Position numbers and translations under genes: made by a program
Notes under the pieces: model-generated
Told to the model about the DNA's origin: nothing
Database searches by the model: none
What the model saw: only the letters and a program-made list of their open reading frames with translations
Origin: Enterococcus phage vB_EfaP_2/Chl-5
DNA: 18,099 nucleotides
Sequence record: PV455607.1
Strand: one strand, 5' to 3'
Part shown: positions 15,500 to 18,099 of the stretch, one piece after another
How the letters are laid out: every line of letters starts with the position of its first letter
Position numbering within the stretch: the stretch's first letter is position 1

Positions 15500-16531
15500 A
15501 TGACAAATAGCTTAGGCGTTAAACTTAAAGAGAAAAACTTATACTATAGTCCTAACAATGCTTTAGGTTTCAATTGCCTAATGTTATTTGTTATAGGGGC
15601 GCGTGGTATAGGGAAAACATATGGATATAAGAAATTTGTTGTTAATCGTTTTATAAAACATGGCGAACAATTTATTTATTTAAGAAGATTCAAAACAGAG
15701 CTTAAAAAGATTCCTCAATTTTTCAAAACAATGGCGAAAGAGTTTCCGGATCATAAACTTGAAGTAAAAGGAAAAGAATTTTATTGTGATGATAAATTAA
15801 TGGGCTGGGCTGTTCCGCTTAGTACGTGGGGAATTGAAAAGTCTAATGAATATCCAGATGTTCGCACAATTTTGTTTGATGAGTTTTTAATTGAGAAATC
15901 AAAGATCACTTATTTACCAAATGAAGCTGAAGCCTTGTTGAATATGATGGAAACTGTTTTTCGTGATCGGACTAATACTAGATGTATTATGTTAAGCAAT
16001 GCAACGAGTGTAGTCAACCCTTATTTCTTGTATTTCAATCTACAGCCAGATTTGAATAAGCGTTTTAATCTCTATCAAGATCGAGGTATTTTGATTGAAT
16101 TGTGTGATTCTAAAGACTTTGCAGAAGTGAAGAAACAAACACCGTTCGGAAGGTTAATACGTGGTACAGATTATGAAGATTTCAGTATCAACAATGAATT
16201 TGTTAATGATAGTGATACATTTATTGAAAAGAGAAGTAAGAATAGTAGTTTTCTATGTGCAATTGCTTTTGAAGGGAAAATATTTGGTTATTGGATAGAC
16301 GCGGAAACGGGTTGTGTATATGTGAGTTATGATTATCAACCAAATACAAACCATTTTTATGCAATGACTACAAAAGACCATGAGGAAAACAGATTGTTGA
16401 TGAAAAATTGGCGGAATAATTATTATCTTTCAACAGTGGCGAAAGCATTCAAAAATAGTTATTTACGGTTTGATAATATTGTTATTAAGAATTTACATTA
16501 TGACTTGTTTAATAAGATGAAAATCTGGTAA
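15500..16531 (+). CDS. gp16: DNA packaging ATPase (phi29 gp16-like); start ATG 15500 after AGGAG (track GTG 15491)
   Basis: Walker A GARGIGKT is present. Extensive collinearity with recalled phi29 gp16 (VIGARGIGKS...NRFIKYGEQFIYVRRYK...EFPDH...GWAIPLS...EKSN.YP.V.TI.FDEF). Confidence 0.93.
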   Translation: MTNSLGVKLKEKNLYYSPNNALGFNCLMLFVIGARGIGKTYGYKKFVVNRFIKHGEQFIYLRRFKTELKKIPQFFKTMAKEFPDHKLEVKGKEFYCDDKLMGWAVPLSTWGIEKSNEYPDVRTILFDEFLIEKSKITYLPNEAEALLNMMETVFRDRTNTRCIMLSNATSVVNPYFLYFNLQPDLNKRFNLYQDRGILIELCDSKDFAEVKKQTPFGRLIRGTDYEDFSINNEFVNDSDTFIEKRSKNSSFLCAIAFEGKIFGYWIDAETGCVYVSYDYQPNTNHFYAMTTKDHEENRLLMKNWRNNYYLSTVAKAFKNSYLRFDNIVIKNLHYDLFNKMKIW

Positions 16532-16533
16532 CC

Positions 16534-16707
16534 CTATTTTAGTAGAGTTACCACGATTAGCTCTATGACAATGATGAATAGTAGGTAGCATATTGATTGT
16601 AGTCTGCGATAGTTATGTTTTGGTTCTTTGGCGCTAGTGATTTTTGCTAACGCCTTTTTGTTTGCTTTTGGATCTGGTGTGTTAATGTAGACGAAGTCTT
16701 TTCTCAT
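16534..16707 (-). CDS. Small right-early protein (57 aa) with C-terminal transmembrane helix; start ATG 16707 (track start 16806 would overlap the upstream gene by 100 nt)
   Basis: RBS AAGGAG sits 9 nt upstream of ATG 16707-16705. ATGA overlap with the stop of the gene at 16704. C-terminus ICYLLFIIVIELIVVTLL is hydrophobic. Confidence 0.55.
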   Translation of the reverse strand: MRKDFVYINTPDPKANKKALAKITSAKEPKHNYRRLQSICYLLFIIVIELIVVTLLK

Positions 16708-17015
16708 AGTTCTTTCTCCTTTAGATATCCTTTTGGTATTTGTATTGCTAACTGATAACGAGAACCAACTTTTATATATGAAGTTACTAATTTCATGGCT
16801 TGGCAATATTTTTCGAGAATATTGAATTGACTCGATTCCGGTAATAGTGTCGAATGAGTTAATAAAAGTTCGGTAATATTTATTTCCGGAACGTCGAAAT
16901 CTTTTAAAGTACCCTCTATGACCTCTATTTTTTCATTGTCTGAAAGGCTACGTTTAAAATAGAAACGTAGCCACTCGATAAGATCGTAGTGTTCTTTGAA
17001 TGTTCGTGCAATCAT
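16704..17015 (-). CDS. Right-early hypothetical protein (103 aa); start ATG 17015 after GGAGGG
   Basis: RBS GGAGGG is 6 nt before the second in-frame ATG. The first ATG (17057) has no RBS and would overlap the upstream gene. Confidence 0.6.
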   Translation of the reverse strand: MIARTFKEHYDLIEWLRFYFKRSLSDNEKIEVIEGTLKDFDVPEINITELLLTHSTLLPESSQFNILEKYCQAMKLVTSYIKVGSRYQLAIQIPKGYLKEKEL

Positions 17016-17016
17016 T

Positions 17017-17310
17017 TTAAGCCCTCCGTTTGTCCTTAATTTGTTTATATCCGTCATGTTTCAATTGTTCCGCATAGTGTTCAACGCTTTTCATTGATTT
17101 CGTTATTGCGATATTAATGCAATGGCTATCAAGATAAACATAGTTATATTTATCATGTGTTAAAACGAACTCTTTTGTAACGTAATCAATGTATAAAATT
17201 AATTGATTCCCTCCTTGTGTTATTTCTGACTTGATAGACGCTAAGCTATCGTTGTCATCTTTAGTTAGTTGATTTAAACCCTCTAAAATTAATGATAAAT
17301 TATTAATCAT
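17017..17310 (-). CDS. Right-early hypothetical protein (97 aa); start ATG 17310 (track GTG 17319)
   Basis: AAAGGAG is followed by an 8-nt spacer to ATG. The RBS lies inside the 74-bp repeat copy 1. Confidence 0.6.
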   Translation of the reverse strand: MINNLSLILEGLNQLTKDDNDSLASIKSEITQGGNQLILYIDYVTKEFVLTHDKYNYVYLDSHCINIAITKSMKSVEHYAEQLKHDGYKQIKDKRRA

Positions 17311-17313
17311 GTA

Positions 17314-17387
17314 AAACACTCCTTTTATATTAATTTGATATTGATACTACCAATCGATCGGGATTGGTAGCATTGTATTAAATTAAT
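17314..17387. repeat. 74-bp intercistronic repeat copy 1 with 9-bp-stem hairpin CTACCAATC-GATCGG-GATTGGTAG (17347-17370)
   Basis: It is about 90 percent identical to 17620-17693. On the minus strand it carries the AAAGGAG RBS of the downstream gene. Confidence 0.85.
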
Positions 17388-17616
17388 CAGTTATTTTTGT
17401 AGTTTTCCATGAATATTCGGAAATAAGATCCATATCTAATTCCTTTAACTCTTCAAAAGATAACAAACAATATTCCTCATCGCCTACATCATCGATATCT
17501 ATACGATAATGCTTATTGTTTTCGGTATCTATGATATGATAATTCATATCCCAGACATTAAAAGGGCGAAGTAGAGATACCTCTCCTTTTTCAGCTATTA
17601 ATGCTTTGTTAAACAT
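17383..17616 (-). CDS. Right-early small acidic protein (77 aa); start ATG 17616 (track ATG 17679 lies inside the repeat/hairpin)
   Basis: AAGGAG plus an 8-nt spacer precede ATG 17616. The product MFNKALIAEKGE... is rich in D/E. Confidence 0.55.
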   Translation of the reverse strand: MFNKALIAEKGEVSLLRPFNVWDMNYHIIDTENNKHYRIDIDDVGDEEYCLLSFEELKELDMDLISEYSWKTTKITD

Positions 17617-17619
17617 ATG

Positions 17620-17693
17620 AAACACTCCTTTTATATTAATTTGATATTGATACCACCAATCTGATAAGATTGGTAGCATTGTATTAAATTAAT
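17620..17693. repeat. 74-bp intercistronic repeat copy 2 with hairpin CCACCAATC-TGATAA-GATTGGTAG (17653-17676, one mismatch)
   Basis: Direct repeat of 17314-17387. The loop and a few flanking bases differ. Confidence 0.85.
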
Positions 17694-17880
17694 ATTCTGG
17701 ATAGTCTATTGAGTAACACCAATTATCAATATAAAGTCTTTCAGTATCTAGCAACTTTTTAGCGTCTGAATCGTCGAACTCTGAATGGATGAATTCGCTA
17801 AGTTTATCCTCATCTCTAAAAAGCTTCATATTCATTATAGTGTTTTCGTAGATCTCTGTATATACGATCGGTTCATTCAT
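17689..17880 (-). CDS. First right-early gene, small acidic protein (63 aa from ATG 17880; track ATG 17919 lies within the promoter)
   Basis: AAAGGA plus an 8-nt spacer precede ATG 17880. The upstream in-frame ATGs fall at or before the predicted transcription start. Confidence 0.5.
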   Translation of the reverse strand: MNEPIVYTEIYENTIMNMKLFRDEDKLSEFIHSEFDDSDAKKLLDTERLYIDNWCYSIDYPEY

Positions 17881-17909
17881 GTTTATCATCCTTTCTTTAT
17901 TACATCTAT

Positions 17910-17938
17910 AGTATATCATGTATTTACATATATGTCAA
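17910..17938 (-). promoter_or_regulatory. Right-end early promoter, proximal copy: -35 TTGACA (rc of 17933-17938), 17-bp spacer, extended -10 TGaTATACT (rc of 17910-17918)
   Basis: Read directly on the minus strand. It is a near-consensus sigma-A promoter pointing leftward into the right-early operon. Confidence 0.65.
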
Positions 17939-18004
17939 TCATTTAATTCATTTATTTAATGATTTATTTGATTGTTTTTATGATCCTTTCTTTATTACAT
18001 CTAT

Positions 18005-18033
18005 AGTATATCATGTATGTTTGTATTTGTCAA
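18005..18033 (-). promoter_or_regulatory. Right-end early promoter, distal copy: -35 TTGACA (rc of 18028-18033), 17-bp spacer, extended -10 TGaTATACT (rc of 18005-18013)
   Basis: It has the same architecture as the proximal copy, 95 bp further upstream (minus-strand sense). Both lie inside about 50-bp direct repeats at 17888-17940 and 17983-18035. Confidence 0.6.
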
Positions 18034-18099
18034 CAATTAAAATCATATAAATGTAGGTTGGGGTCATTTACAAATGTGTTATCAAAAAAAGATAATATT

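Noticed and set aside
17347-17370. Hairpins in the 74-bp repeats as intrinsic terminators
   Set aside because: No U-tract follows the stem on either strand, so they are reported as processing or binding elements rather than terminators.
1-18099. Looked for long inverted terminal repeats between the two window ends
   Set aside because: Only the self-complementary hexamer AATATT (3-8 and 18094-18099) is shared. A 6-nt ITR is plausible for a phi29-like phage but too short to call from sequence alone, and the window ends may not be the exact genome termini.
1-18099. Searched for CRISPR arrays, tRNA-like cloverleaves, integrase/transposase or lysogeny module
   Set aside because: No regularly spaced direct repeats, no tRNA-like structures and no recombinase-like ORFs were seen. 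The gene content is that of a strictly lytic phi29-like phage.

Overview
The window looks like an essentially complete linear genome (about 18.1 kb, AT-rich) of a phi29-like, protein-primed podovirus (Salasmaviridae/Picovirinae-type) of a low-GC Firmicute. The host is probably Bacillus, inferred from protein resemblance to phi29 p6, p5, TP, DNA polymerase, gp7-gp16. Layout on the + strand: three small paralogous early genes, then p6-like dsDNA-binding protein, p5-like SSB, terminal protein, family-B protein-primed DNA polymerase and a 56-aa ORF missed by the ORF track (p56/UDG-inhibitor-like). A roughly 155-nt promoter-to-terminator non-coding unit follows (candidate packaging pRNA), then a perfect parS-like palindrome overlapping the late promoter. 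After that come the late genes: scaffold, major capsid (Big_2 C-terminus), tail knob gp9, connector gp10, lower collar gp11, a 183-aa unknown, three fibre-like paralogs sharing an N-terminal module, a pectate-lyase-fold appendage/tailspike, gp13-like lysozyme plus M23 peptidase, holin, GH25 endolysin and gp16 packaging ATPase. The right end carries five small minus-strand early genes driven by tandemly duplicated promoters and separated by 74-bp repeat cassettes that contain hairpins. Unlike phi29, the early-left block is colinear with the late genes rather than divergent, and no p4-like regulator is recognisable. No tRNA, rRNA, CRISPR, integrase or transposase was seen.
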